Below are positions 11,504 through 22,600 of a DNA stretch of 64,000 nt, piece after piece. This DNA comes from an uncultured Hyphomicrobiales bacterium (GTDB lineage: Bacteria > Bacteroidota > Ignavibacteria > Kapaibacteriales > UBA2268). The position numbers were made by a program, and so were the translations under genes. The notes beneath the pieces are model-generated. The model searched no databases, was not told where the DNA came from, and was given only the letters and a program-made list of their open reading frames with translations. Position 1 is the first letter of the stretch, and each line of letters opens with the position of its first letter. Location: positions 5,506-69,505 of the forward strand of contig CAZCHH010000005.1 in NCBI GenBank assembly GCA_964498585.1, given 5' to 3'.

Positions 11504-11644
11504 TATCAAATATCTAGTTTTTTAATATAATGTCTGAGATATTTATACTTTATTGATAATAAAGGTGTTAGGAGTTATGCTAAGCGAACTGTTTTTCAAA
11601 ATTTATTTCATACTAAACCTACGATAAGTAGTGTAAAATAAAAT

Positions 11645-11887
11645 TGTCATAACGATACGAAGTGAGAAATCTCAAGTTTCGTGTTGGCAATGACTTGTGA
11701 GATTCCTCGCTGCGCTTACCAATGACATCTTTACTTTTGTCGGTCATTCCGAAACGAAGTGAAGAATCCAGAGGGTAGTGGTTAAAAAAACTTTCTGGAT
11801 TCTTCACTTCGTTCAGAATGACTGTGTAAACAGATGTCATCTTCATTTAAATAAAGCACTTGCTTTATCTCGGGATTCGAAATGACA
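11645..11887. repeat. Cluster of family A palindromes (tgtcattctgaacgaagtgaagaatc...gattcttcacttcgttcagaatgaca) plus the linked taaataaagcacttgctttat unit
   Basis: Family A also at 14304-14386, 19548-19629, 28232-28310, 31025-31103, 33663-33730; linked unit also at 28167-28218, ~2727-2766, ~37930-37960, ~43610-43647. Confidence 0.88.
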
Positions 11888-11947
11888 AGACTGCGAAATA
11901 ACAAACTACGAGGCATCAGGAGTTCTGAAATTATTAATTGAGAATAA

Positions 11948-11980
11948 AGATGTCCTACATCTGCGAGATTTAGGACATCT
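11948..11980. repeat. Family B palindrome (agatgtcctacatct-gcg-agatgtaggacatct)
   Basis: Copies or halves at 968-1000, 12104-12138, 29403-29417, 31346-31378, 33768-33800, 36098-36112, split copy 40711-40878. Confidence 0.85.
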
Positions 11981-12312
11981 AACTAATAAACTTTACGAAA
12001 GTTTAGGTGATAATTATTAGTTGTGAGATTCTTCGTCGCGATATTAATGAACCACTTTGGCATTTTTTGCTCTTACTATTTTTATAGTAAATATTTACAA
12101 ATGTAGATATTCCACATCTGCCAGATATGGAATATCTATTCTTCCTTCACAAGTTCTACTTGGAAAGGAGTATCTTTGACATTTAGGTAATTCAAGCCAT
12201 ACAATAAACTTGTTTATCCTATGGCTTGTTTCACTGAAATTCATTTTCCTTACAATCAAATCTAAAAAAATTGATTAATTTTGTTTTTTAGATTTTTTGC
12301 AATGGAGTAAAA

Positions 12313-14091
12313 ATGCTTTTTAAGAAAAGAAATACAAATTGTGGTGAATTAAGACTAGAAAATGTAAATAAAGAAGTTATTCTAAACGGCTGGGTGCAAA
12401 CGGTTCGCGATATGGGCGGTTTGATTTTTATTGATTTAAGAGACAGGTGGGGAATTACACAACTTGTGATTGAACCGGAAAATTTCCCTGAACTCGCCCA
12501 AAAAGCAAAGGAAGTAAAATCAGAATTTGTTATTTGGGCAGAAGGCAAAGTCCGTGAGCGTGAAAGTCCTAATAAAAATATTCCAACCGGCTTAATTGAA
12601 GTTTTACTCAATAATTTTGAAATAATCAATAAATCAGAACTGCCTCCATTCGAAGTAATAAATGATTTAGACACAAACGAAGAAACACGGCTTAAATACA
12701 GATTTTTAGATTTACGCCGTCCGGCTCTGCAACGCAATTTTGAAGTGAGAAACCGGCTTTATCAGGTTATGCACCAGTACTATGCTAAGCATAATTTCTA
12801 TGAAGTAGAAACTCCAATCCTTATGAAATCCACTCCTGAAGGCGCCAGAGATTTTCTTGTGCCAAGCAGAATAAACAAAGGCAAATTTTACGCACTTCCA
12901 CAATCGCCCCAACTTTATAAGCAAATATTGATGGTTTCCGGTTTTGAACGCTATGTGCAAATTGCTAAATGTTTTCGTGATGAAGACTTGCGTTCAGACA
13001 GGCAACCTGAATTTACCCAAATTGACGTTGAAATGTCCTTTATCGAAGCAGATGACATTATCGCTCTAACCGAAGGATACTTTAAAGAACTTTGGAAAGA
13101 AGTTTTGGGTATGGAAATTCAAACTCCATTTCTGCGTATGACTTACGAAGAAGCTATGATGAGGTTTGGCAGCGATAAACCAGATTTACGCTTTGACTTG
13201 GAGCTTACAGACATCACAAAGCATTTGCAACTTTCCGGTTTCAAGGTGTTTTCTGATGCTATTGAAAACAAAGGAATAATTTCCTGTCTGAATGCAAAGG
13301 GCTGCGGCAGCTATTCAAGAAAAAATATTGACGATTTAACTGAACTTGCTAAAAAATATGGCGCTAAAGGACTTGCATGGATTAAACTTGCTGACGGTGC
13401 TGTTAATTCCCCGATTGCTAAATTTTTGACTGAAGAAGAACTTGCTAATATTATAAAAGAAACTAAAGCAGAAGATGGCGATTTGTTGCTCATTGTTTCA
13501 GATAAAAAATACAAGGCACTTACCGTTTTGGGTGCTTTGCGGCTTGAAGTTGCAAAACGAGAAAAGATTTTAGAAAAAGTAAAGAATGAATTTTCATTTT
13601 CCTGGGTGGTTGATTTTCCCTTAGTTGAATTTGACGAAAAAGAAAATCGCTTCGTTGCTCTCCACCATCCTTTTACCGCTCCGCTTGAAGAGGATTTACA
13701 TCTAATTTACACCAATCCGGAAGCAGTTCGCGCTAATGCTTATGACGTTGTCATTAACGGTGCTGAAGTAGGTGGAGGTAGTATAAGAATTCACAAAAGC
13801 GAAATTCAGGAACAGATGTTTAAACTGCTTGGCTTGAACAAGGAAGAGCAAGCATCTAAATTTGGTTATTTCCTTGATGCACTGAAATTCGGCGCTCCTC
13901 CTCACGGCGGGATTGCACTTGGTGTCGATAGAGTAACGATGACGCTTTGTGGAACTGATAATATTCGTGATGTAATTGCTTTCCCGAAGACCACAAGCGG
14001 ACTTTCACTTATGGACGGATGCCCATCGCCTGTTGACACAAAGCAATTAGAAGAATTAGGTGTTCAGTTAATAAAAGAGTTGAAACAATAA
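12313..14091 (+). CDS. aspS: Aspartate--tRNA ligase
   Basis: FIDLRDR.G, RYLDLRR-like, STPEGARDF, LPQSPQLYKQ, FRDEDLR.DRQPEFTQ, GAPPHGGIALG. Confidence 0.98.
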   Translation: MLFKKRNTNCGELRLENVNKEVILNGWVQTVRDMGGLIFIDLRDRWGITQLVIEPENFPELAQKAKEVKSEFVIWAEGKVRERESPNKNIPTGLIEVLLNNFEIINKSELPPFEVINDLDTNEETRLKYRFLDLRRPALQRNFEVRNRLYQVMHQYYAKHNFYEVETPILMKSTPEGARDFLVPSRINKGKFYALPQSPQLYKQILMVSGFERYVQIAKCFRDEDLRSDRQPEFTQIDVEMSFIEADDIIALTEGYFKELWKEVLGMEIQTPFLRMTYEEAMMRFGSDKPDLRFDLELTDITKHLQLSGFKVFSDAIENKGIISCLNAKGCGSYSRKNIDDLTELAKKYGAKGLAWIKLADGAVNSPIAKFLTEEELANIIKETKAEDGDLLLIVSDKKYKALTVLGALRLEVAKREKILEKVKNEFSFSWVVDFPLVEFDEKENRFVALHHPFTAPLEEDLHLIYTNPEAVRANAYDVVINGAEVGGGSIRIHKSEIQEQMFKLLGLNKEEQASKFGYFLDALKFGAPPHGGIALGVDRVTMTLCGTDNIRDVIAFPKTTSGLSLMDGCPSPVDTKQLEELGVQLIKELKQ

Positions 14092-14098
14092 AATCAAT

Positions 14099-14290
14099 AT
14101 GAAGAATTTAATGAATGATGACAATATTGAAAGTTTAGAAATTCCGGAATTTGACTTTGAGAATTCAAAACCAAATAAATATACTTCAATGTATAGTGAA
14201 GATAATCAAACAATAGTGTATAAGGAACGTTTGAAAAATTGTCAAATAGAATCCACTGATAAAGCAAATGCTTTGTTTAAAAGGAAATAA
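14099..14290 (+). pseudogene. Small ORF resembling the N-terminus of BrnA/CopG-type antitoxins, probably a remnant
   Basis: PEFDFENSKPNKY resembles the EYDFS.A..N.Y start of BrnA-like antitoxins; no cognate toxin adjacent. Confidence 0.4.
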
Positions 14291-14487
14291 CATAAGTTTA
14301 CACTGTCATTCTGAGCGCAGCGAAGAATCCAGAATATTTCCTTTAAACCACTATTCTCTGGATTCTTAACTTCGTTTCGAAATGACACCTTTCTGGGTAA
14401 TTTGCGCAATTTTTCTTTACGAGTCGAATCTTCTAACTCCTTATTATCAATAAAGGATTAGGAGTATTGAATATATAAAACTAAGTA

Positions 14488-15600
14488 TTAATAACCAGGG
14501 TATTTATTCCACCATTCTTCATCGCAGAAATTAAAAGTACTTTTACATCTTATGACAAGGTCCTTAGAAATCTCTTCAACAATGCTATGATTTTTTAGAT
14601 TTGTAATCCAATTTGAAGGTATATTTTCAATACCATTAATTAATCCCAAAATATTTCCCGTTATAGAACCAGTACTATCTGAATCTCCACTGTGATTTAC
14701 AGACGCAAGTAATCCTTTTGTAAAATCATTCTGATAAATTAATGAGCAGAATAAAGATATTGCCAGTGCTTCTTCTCCAGTCCATCCACTACCAATCTTT
14801 TCTATGATTACAGGTATTTCTGTAAAGCTATAACTCTTGTTTAAATATAACTTTGAATACTCAACAGATTGTTCAATGGATTCCAAAATTTCAAGATGCC
14901 CTTGATAACCTTTTAATAATTTAACTGATTCGTTAATTGCAGAATATAGATTAACATTTTTTGTTAGCAAAGAAATAATCGAAGCAAAAATCCCTGCACT
15001 CAAATATCCTGATGGATGCCCATGAGTTATTGCTGCTATTTTAGATGCTGTTTCAAAAGCTTCTTTATGATTAGAACTATAAAACAAACCAACAGGTGCA
15101 ACACGCATAACACCACCGCACCCTTTACTATTATTAATTGGATACTCAATGGAACCAATTTTTCCACTTGATAAAGAGCTAATACAAGTATTTCCAGGAG
15201 CTCTGCTTTCATAAAGCTCTTTTCGTTTGATTAGCCAACCATTACCAACTAAAATTGATTTATGATTTGTCTGATTTGTATTAATAGTGTAATCCTGAGT
15301 ATAGAGCCATCTTAGATAAGATTGATAAGTAATATTTATAGTATTATCGTTAATACCTTTTAAAACAGTTTGATGATATGCTCTTAGCAAACCTTCAGCA
15401 GTAAAAAGAGTCATTTGGGTATCATCAGTAAATTCACCTGTGCCATCTCTAAATTCAACATAATCAGTAATCCCAGCACTACCGTATTTTTTAATAATTT
15501 TATCTATAGAGTAAAATTCTATTGGAGCACCCAAAGCATCACCTATAGCCCCACCAAATAAACAGCTTTTAAAATTCTTATTTATAGTTTTAGTTTTCAT
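14488..15600 (-). CDS. ADP-ribosylglycohydrolase (DraG/ARH family)
   Basis: GAIGDALG.P.EF, TDDTQM, SKGCGGVMR, ITHGHP, GDSDSTG. Confidence 0.93.
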   Translation of the reverse strand: MKTKTINKNFKSCLFGGAIGDALGAPIEFYSIDKIIKKYGSAGITDYVEFRDGTGEFTDDTQMTLFTAEGLLRAYHQTVLKGINDNTINITYQSYLRWLYTQDYTINTNQTNHKSILVGNGWLIKRKELYESRAPGNTCISSLSSGKIGSIEYPINNSKGCGGVMRVAPVGLFYSSNHKEAFETASKIAAITHGHPSGYLSAGIFASIISLLTKNVNLYSAINESVKLLKGYQGHLEILESIEQSVEYSKLYLNKSYSFTEIPVIIEKIGSGWTGEEALAISLFCSLIYQNDFTKGLLASVNHSGDSDSTGSITGNILGLINGIENIPSNWITNLKNHSIVEEISKDLVIRCKSTFNFCDEEWWNKYPGY

Positions 15601-15700
15601 AGCTTTTACTCATTATATTCATAACTATTTAAGTCAAAATTAATTTTTCTAAAATAACAATTTATTTATAAAACATTTAACTTAATAGAATTATTTATTA

Positions 15701-15798
15701 TCTCACCATAAGCATTAACTTCTTGAAAGGTAAATAAGGAAAGTGGATTTAAAGAACGTATCAGCCATTCTCTCAAGAAGTGAATGAGTAAGGTGCGA
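15701..15798. mobile_element. Degenerate copy of MITE family F
   Basis: ctcacc..aagca...tgagtaaggtgcg ends and aaagtggatt core shared with 43650 and 53791. Confidence 0.6.
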
Positions 15799-16203
15799 TA
15801 AATAATATTTATTTAATAATGAAAAAATATTTGTATAATAGTAAAATATATATTATTTTTGAAATGTTATAATAATAAAAAGTAATGTGAATAGATAGAA
15901 TAAATTAATTTTATATTTATTCTAAACTTTAAAAGAATAGAAGCCGTAATATCAGATTATACCTATAAATAGTTTATAAGAATCATATATATTCTGTTAA
16001 TTGTTTGAAATATCAAACACTATTTAGGCAATAAGTTGTGAAATATTTCGCTATGCTCTGAACGACTCAATAATATATAAAAATTATGTGCTCAAATAGT
16101 TGCCAAATATAATTTCTCATAAAAATAATTGATAGCTATTAAGTTTTAATAAAAAACTAAAAAGAAAAAAAGCATTTGTCATATTTTTTATTTTGGAGGC
16201 AAA

Positions 16204-18033
16204 ATGAGGTTTAATATTCTACTTATTTTATTTCTTTCCTTTTTTTCGATATGTAATAGTCAAACTGCATTTGAATTAGAAAAGCAAGGTAATTCAAAGT
16301 TTGAAAAAAAAGATTACAAAGGTGCTATTGCGGATTATACTAAAGCTATTGAAATAAATTCTGGAAAAGCATCTGTTTATATCAATAGAGGAATAGCAAA
16401 AGCAAAGCTAAAAGATTACAAAGGTGCTATTGCGGATTATACTAAAGCTATTGAATTAGAACCAAAAAATGCTACTGCTTACGCAGACAGAGCTATTGCA
16501 AAAGCTAATTTAAAAGATAACAAAGGAGCAATAGCAGACTATACTAAAGCTATTGAACTAAGTCCCAAAATTGTCGATAATTATATTAATAGAGGTATTG
16601 CTAAATACGAATTAAAAGATTATAAAGGAGCAATTGAGGATTATACAAAAGCATTAACTTTAAATTCCAAAGATGTAGATATTTATAGAAATAGAGCTAT
16701 TGCTAAATTTTATATAAAGGACTATAAAGGGGCAGTAGAAGATTATAATAAAGTAATTGAAATAAATCCCAATGAAATTGAATTATATATAAACAGAGGG
16801 ATTGCAAAAGCAAATTTAAAAGATTACAAAGGCGCTATTGATGATTATTCAAAAGCGATTGAAAAGGATTCTTCATTATCAAGTGCTTACTTTAATCGTG
16901 GAATTGCAAAAACCAATCTAAAAGATTTAAAAGGTGCAATCGCTGATTATTCTAGTGCAATTAATTTAAATCCAAAATATCTTGATGCTTATAATAACAG
17001 AGGTTTGGCTAAATGTTCTTTAAAAGATTATAAAGGAGCTATTGCTGATTTTAATTTTATTATAAAAAATAATCCAAAAGATAAAGATGCATATCTTAAT
17101 TGCTCTGTAGCTAAATCGAATATGAAAGATTGCAAAGGAGCAATTGAAGATTTATCAAAAATAATTGAAATTGATTCTACAAATACTATAGCATATTATT
17201 ATCGCGCTTTAGAAAAAGTAGATTTAAAAGATTATAAAGGAGCTATTGCTGATTTCTCAAAAGTTATTGCTTTAGATTCAAATAATGTTAAAGCATTTCT
17301 CCATAGAGGTGATGCAAGAATTAATATCAAAGATTACAAAGGTGCTGTTGCTGATTTCTCAAAGGTAATTGCTAAAAATCCTAAAAGTATTGATGCATAT
17401 ATAAACAGAGGAATTGCTAAAAAAAATTTGAAAGATACAAAAGGAGCTATAGAGGATTTTTCAAAAGCAATTGGTATTGATTCTACTAATTCTTTTGCAT
17501 ATTTTAACAGAGGTTTAGCAAAAGCAAGTGCTAAAGATTACAAAGCTGCAATTGCGGATTATACTAAAACAATTAACACAAATCCAAAAGATGCTATTAC
17601 TTATTACAACAGAGGAATTGCTAAAACTGAAATAAAAGATTATAAAGGCGCAATTGAAGATTATAATATTGCAATTGAGTTAAATCCAAAATATACAAAT
17701 GCTTTTATAAACAGAGGTATTGCTAAAACAAAAATAAAGGACTATAAAGGCAGTATTGATGATTACAATTCTGCTATTAGCTTAAATTCAAAAGATGCTG
17801 ATATTTATTTCAACAGAGCAATTTCTAAAACCAATCTTAAAGATAAAAAAGGCGCTATTGATGATTACAATAAAGTCATTGAAATCAATCCTAAATACAC
17901 AGATGCATACTATAACAGAGGAATTCTAAAAAATGAAGAAGGAGATAATTCATGTGCTTGCTCTGATTGGAAACAGGCAAAAGAACTTGGATTAAAAATT
18001 GCTGATGAACTTTATAATGAATATTGTAAATGA
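16204..18033 (+). CDS. Exported TPR-repeat protein (~17 tandem 34-aa repeats)
   Basis: Signal peptide; repeated AY.NRGIAK..LKDYKGAI.DY.KAIE.NP; C-terminal ACSDW cap. Confidence 0.92.
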   Translation: MRFNILLILFLSFFSICNSQTAFELEKQGNSKFEKKDYKGAIADYTKAIEINSGKASVYINRGIAKAKLKDYKGAIADYTKAIELEPKNATAYADRAIAKANLKDNKGAIADYTKAIELSPKIVDNYINRGIAKYELKDYKGAIEDYTKALTLNSKDVDIYRNRAIAKFYIKDYKGAVEDYNKVIEINPNEIELYINRGIAKANLKDYKGAIDDYSKAIEKDSSLSSAYFNRGIAKTNLKDLKGAIADYSSAINLNPKYLDAYNNRGLAKCSLKDYKGAIADFNFIIKNNPKDKDAYLNCSVAKSNMKDCKGAIEDLSKIIEIDSTNTIAYYYRALEKVDLKDYKGAIADFSKVIALDSNNVKAFLHRGDARINIKDYKGAVADFSKVIAKNPKSIDAYINRGIAKKNLKDTKGAIEDFSKAIGIDSTNSFAYFNRGLAKASAKDYKAAIADYTKTINTNPKDAITYYNRGIAKTEIKDYKGAIEDYNIAIELNPKYTNAFINRGIAKTKIKDYKGSIDDYNSAISLNSKDADIYFNRAISKTNLKDKKGAIDDYNKVIEINPKYTDAYYNRGILKNEEGDNSCACSDWKQAKELGLKIADELYNEYCK

Positions 18034-18134
18034 AATTTTTTTTGTAATTTTGTTAGAGTTGAATAAAATTATTTAAGCAAATGAGTTTATCATTTTTGCT
18101 AAATACTTTTAAATATTTTATTTTGAGGTTAATA

Positions 18135-18944
18135 ATGTATAAAATCTATTCATTTTTTTTGATACTTATTTCGTTTGTCAGTTGTTCGAGCAGCGAAGAT
18201 AAGCAGCATTATGAAAGTGGCTTAGCGAAAATCGACTCTGGAAAATACGAAGAAGCTATTAATGAATTTAACCAAGCTATTAGTTCGAATCCAGAATATT
18301 CAGAGGCATTTTTAAGCAGAGGTATAGCAAAAAAGATAATTGGAAAAACTGATGAAGCTTTATCTGATTATAATAAAGCGATAGAAATTAATCCAAAAAA
18401 CGCACTTGCTTACTATAATAGGGCTGTTTTATATGATGATAATAGTAAGTTTGAAGATGCCATCAATGATTATAATAAAGCGATAGAAATCAATCCTAAA
18501 TATGTTGATGCTTTTTTAAATAGAGGTATTCTCAAATATAATAACTCCGATTTGAACGGTGCTATTGAAGATTATACAAAAGCAATAGAAATCAATCCTA
18601 AAGATGCTGATGCCTATAAATTCAGAGGTGTAGCAAAAGATGAACTTGGTGATTATTTTGATGCTATTCTGGATTTTAATAAATCTATTGAACTAAAACC
18701 AGAAAATTCTCAGGTTTACACTTTTAGAGGTATTAGTAACACAAAAATAGGTAATTTTAATAAAGCTATTCTGGATTATAACAAAGCAATTGAAATCAAT
18801 GCAAATGACGATATATCATACTATAATAGAGGTTTAGCCAAAGATAAAATTGGTGATGCTGAAGGTGCTTGTTCTGATTGGAATATAGCTGCAGAATTAG
18901 GTAATCAAAGAGCTGCCGAGTTAGTCCAACTATATTGTCAGTAG
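18135..18944 (+). CDS. TPR-repeat lipoprotein
   Basis: ATG at 18135 after gagg; lipobox FVSC; ~7 TPRs; ACSDW cap. Confidence 0.88.
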   Translation: MYKIYSFFLILISFVSCSSSEDKQHYESGLAKIDSGKYEEAINEFNQAISSNPEYSEAFLSRGIAKKIIGKTDEALSDYNKAIEINPKNALAYYNRAVLYDDNSKFEDAINDYNKAIEINPKYVDAFLNRGILKYNNSDLNGAIEDYTKAIEINPKDADAYKFRGVAKDELGDYFDAILDFNKSIELKPENSQVYTFRGISNTKIGNFNKAILDYNKAIEINANDDISYYNRGLAKDKIGDAEGACSDWNIAAELGNQRAAELVQLYCQ

Positions 18945-19165
18945 TAATATATTATCATCTCATCTTACGCAATCCCCTCTCAAGAGTAACGGCATGGAGA
19001 TTAGTTAATAAATTGAGATATATTTGAGATAAATATTTAATTTAACTTATACAATCTTAAATATAAACTATAATAACTTTAATAATAAGACCATTTAACA
19101 CATCCCCTGCCACTCTTTATTAGGAGGGGAAAAAAAACAGTTCTATGTTTTAGCGTTCCCCTCTC

Positions 19166-19438
19166 AAGCTAATGATTATACACATCTTTAGAATGTGCTG
19201 CTATCCTACTTATCCCGTAGGGATAAAATATTTGTAACAATGATTTTTATAGTATCTTTTTATTCGGTAGGAATTAAATATTATAGTGCTTCTTTTATAT
19301 ATAATCCCTATGGGATAAGCACAGTCAAGATTTATTCTTGTTACAAATATATAATTCCTACAAAATAAATTTCTAAGAAACTATACCATTTTTCACTTGT
19401 TATCATAAGAACTAATATTTGTGTTGAATCGTTAGCTT
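19166..19438. mobile_element. Putative MITE carrying family D palindromes, inserted in a family E element
   Basis: TIR aagctaatgattatacaca versus tgtgttgaatcgttagctt (16/19); internal atcccgtagggat repeats 19211-19366. Confidence 0.6.
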
Positions 19439-19659
19439 TTTCAAAGGAGAGACAAGAAATATCTTAGTAATTCCCCACTTTGAAAAAAGGAGGGAAGAGG
19501 GGGATTTCTTAGTGCTGTTCTGTGTTTCATTAATTTTAGGACAAAGATGTCATTGGTAAGCGTTGTGAGGAATCTCAAATTCTTTGATAGCAATGACATG
19601 AAGTTCCTTGCTGCGGTTCAGAATGACAGATTATTGAACTTGTTGTTGTCGGCTTGGCA

Positions 19660-22600
19660 TTAAAAATCATCATCTTCTTCTCTAAAAAGCAAATGTTTCT
19701 CCTTAATTCTGCATAGAGAAAAACAAGAGCAATACAAACAAGAAATTTTACCAGCAGGTTCTGCAAAAAATTTACCTTCAGAAATCTGCCTTACAACCTG
19801 TTTTGCAGAATATATGGAAATTGTCAATATATTTTCTAAATCTGTTGAGCTATTTAAAAGTTTACTAGTGGAAAGTTTTTTGCTTTTTGAAATATCAGAA
19901 TCATTTGAAAGTAAAAGGTATTTTGAATATTGATAAGCTTGCTGACTATTGTTTGTTTTTGGAAAAAAAAGATAATAAACTCCTCCTTCTACTGTTGAAG
20001 TCATAGAGTAATAATCTTTTAGAAGTTGCTTTGCTGCTAACATATAAAGTGGCACCTGAAAACTATTTCCGTTAATTACACTACGGTTATTTGGTATGAT
20101 AGAGCCAGATTTATAGTCAGCAACAATAAACTGGAATTCTTCATATTTTTTCCTAATATCAATTCTATCAATTTTACCATAGATTTTTAAATCATTGTCA
20201 AATTTTACATTTAAGGAATTTTTCACTTTTGCTAAATTGAAAGAAACCTCAAAAAGCGAAGGCAAAAAACCTGCAGCTTGTTCCTGATTTTCTATTTCAT
20301 TGTTTAGCCATATTTCAAGATAGCCGGGTCGGTTTTTATTTCCGAAAAAACTATCCTGGGTAAGCTTTTGCAGCGGGGTGTCCGTAATGTTAGTATCGAA
20401 AACCTTTCTTGCAATTTTTTCTAATATCTCCTTATAAAAAATATAATTTTCACGTTTGAGTCGCACCGGAGCAGCAAAATCAATATTTTTATTTAAGATT
20501 TCACCAGTTATTTCAGTTTCGTTGCTATTTATTTGTTCTGACTGAATTAGCTTGAAAAACGCATAAAGAATGGAATGAACAATGTTTCCACGTTCAATTG
20601 GACTAAGAGTATCTTCGTATTTTGGAGTATCTTTAAAATTCAGTAAATAATTTGAAAAATACTTATAAGGACAATCTTTGAAGGTTTCGAGCTGAGTTAT
20701 AGAAAAAACTCCTTCTTTTAGATGCTTGATTTTTTCTTTAATAACATCATTGCTATTTTCGAAAATTGAGTTTTGATTTTGTGTAAATGTAGAATAATAT
20801 TGGTGTAAAAATTTGTAATTATCCTCAAAATCAATAAGTTTATTATTAATTTCAAAATCAATTGAACTAAGTATTTCCTCTTCCCTATCCAAATCTGCAA
20901 AAAGGTTTTCTGATAATTTTTTTTCAACTTTTTTTGATTTTTCATTATTCACAATTGAAAAGGTTTTCTTACCAATGAACTCGGCTAGTTCACGTTTTCC
21001 GGAAATTGCTTTTAACCATTTAGTAATATTTGAATCATCAATTTTGTTTTCATTCAATGTTAAATCATAAAAACATTTGTCTTCTTCTAAAGTAGTAATT
21101 TTTAGGAGAGAATCTATAAAAGGAGAACGAATATGGACTTCCTGCTCACTTTTATTAGGATAGAAAATATAAATTTGTTTTTCATTTTTATTAAGTGAAT
21201 CAGGATTATTTGCAAGAAATTGATAAAACAGCATACGCTCAGAGCGAATATGTCGTATTTTAGTATTTGGTAGTTCTTTGCCAAGGAAAGTATCAGCACT
21301 GTAGGCAAGTGGGAAACTTTTATCTATAGCTCCGCATAAAATAGTAACTTTGTATGGAAGACCACGAATTTGTTCAACAGAAGTAACGGTTACTCCTACT
21401 CCGGATTTTTCTGAAATCTGATATTTTGCACCTGTTACAGCAATACGTAATCTTTGTGTTAATTCAAGAAAATCAAATTTCTTGTAGCGTTGCAGTTCCT
21501 GCAAAATGTTGGTCATTTCATCTAAAAGGTTTATAAATGATGTTAGGGCGCGGCTTTCCTTTTCTAATTGCTCTGTTTTGTAAACTAATTCAAATCTATC
21601 CAGTTCTCTATTCTTAGAAGCTATAAATTTTTTGAATGAGTTAGAAAGTATATTTCTTATTTCAAATTTCTCAATAATATTTTTTTTAATTAATTCATTA
21701 AATTCATTAGGAGAAAATTTGTTTTTTATATTTGGGAGCAAGGATTTGATTTTCCAAAAATCGTCATAAGCTTTTTCAACTCGTTTTAATTCTCTTGATT
21801 TATTTTCTACTTCAGTTGGGTCAATATTTCCGTTCCTTTTTGCATCATTAATAGAATCAGCTAAAAACTTTATTCTATTCGATAAAAAAGTTTTCCATAT
21901 AAATTCACCTTTGTAAAGATTTCCCCCGTGAATTCTAAGCTGCCGGGCAATACTAATAAGATTATTGCCATCAATAATATCCTTAACAGAATTAGCTTCT
22001 AAGTTGAAATTAAGGAAATCGCTTTGAAGAGCAGTGTGTATGTCGCTTCTTTTAAAACCATAATTAATAATATTCAAAACAGAAAAAATTGCAGTAACAA
22101 CAGCGGACTCACTTAGATTGAATCTGTCTGAAATGTTGCCAGTTATTTTGTAATCAGCAAAAAATTCACGAAAAAGTGAAGAATATTCCTCCGGCTTACG
22201 AGCAACGACACATATATCACTTAAATTTATATTTTGATTTATGGCAAGTTCCCGAATTAACTTACAAATCAGCTTCACTTCCTGTTCTTTGTTTTCTACA
22301 CTAAAAATTTTTGTGAATTTTGAAAAATTATTGCTTTTATTTGCTTTTCCTAAAGCAAAAAGATTTTGACGCAGGAATAAGCTATTGGAAATATTGTCAT
22401 TGGTAGTAGTATTGCTTCTTTCCATTTCAAAAAGTGAAAAGCCACAATCTTTTATACCAATAATAGTATCTTCTAGATTTGAAAAAAGAGGACCATTATT
22501 TGGAGAATAATCAATTTGTATTGCAAATGGGAGCGAAGATTTAGCAAAAAGCGAAATGAATCTTATTTCAGGTGGTTTAAACTGACTAAAACCATTTAAT

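Noticed and set aside
11619-11846. 75 aa ORF (also 19575-19766, 33448-33729, 33652-33882)
   Set aside because: These are translations of family A/B palindromes (VILNEVKNP, LRFLTSFRND-type peptides), not genes
16204-18033. Diversity-generating retroelement TR/VR pair
   Set aside because: Repeats are in-frame TPR units, differences are not confined to adenines, and there is no reverse transcriptase
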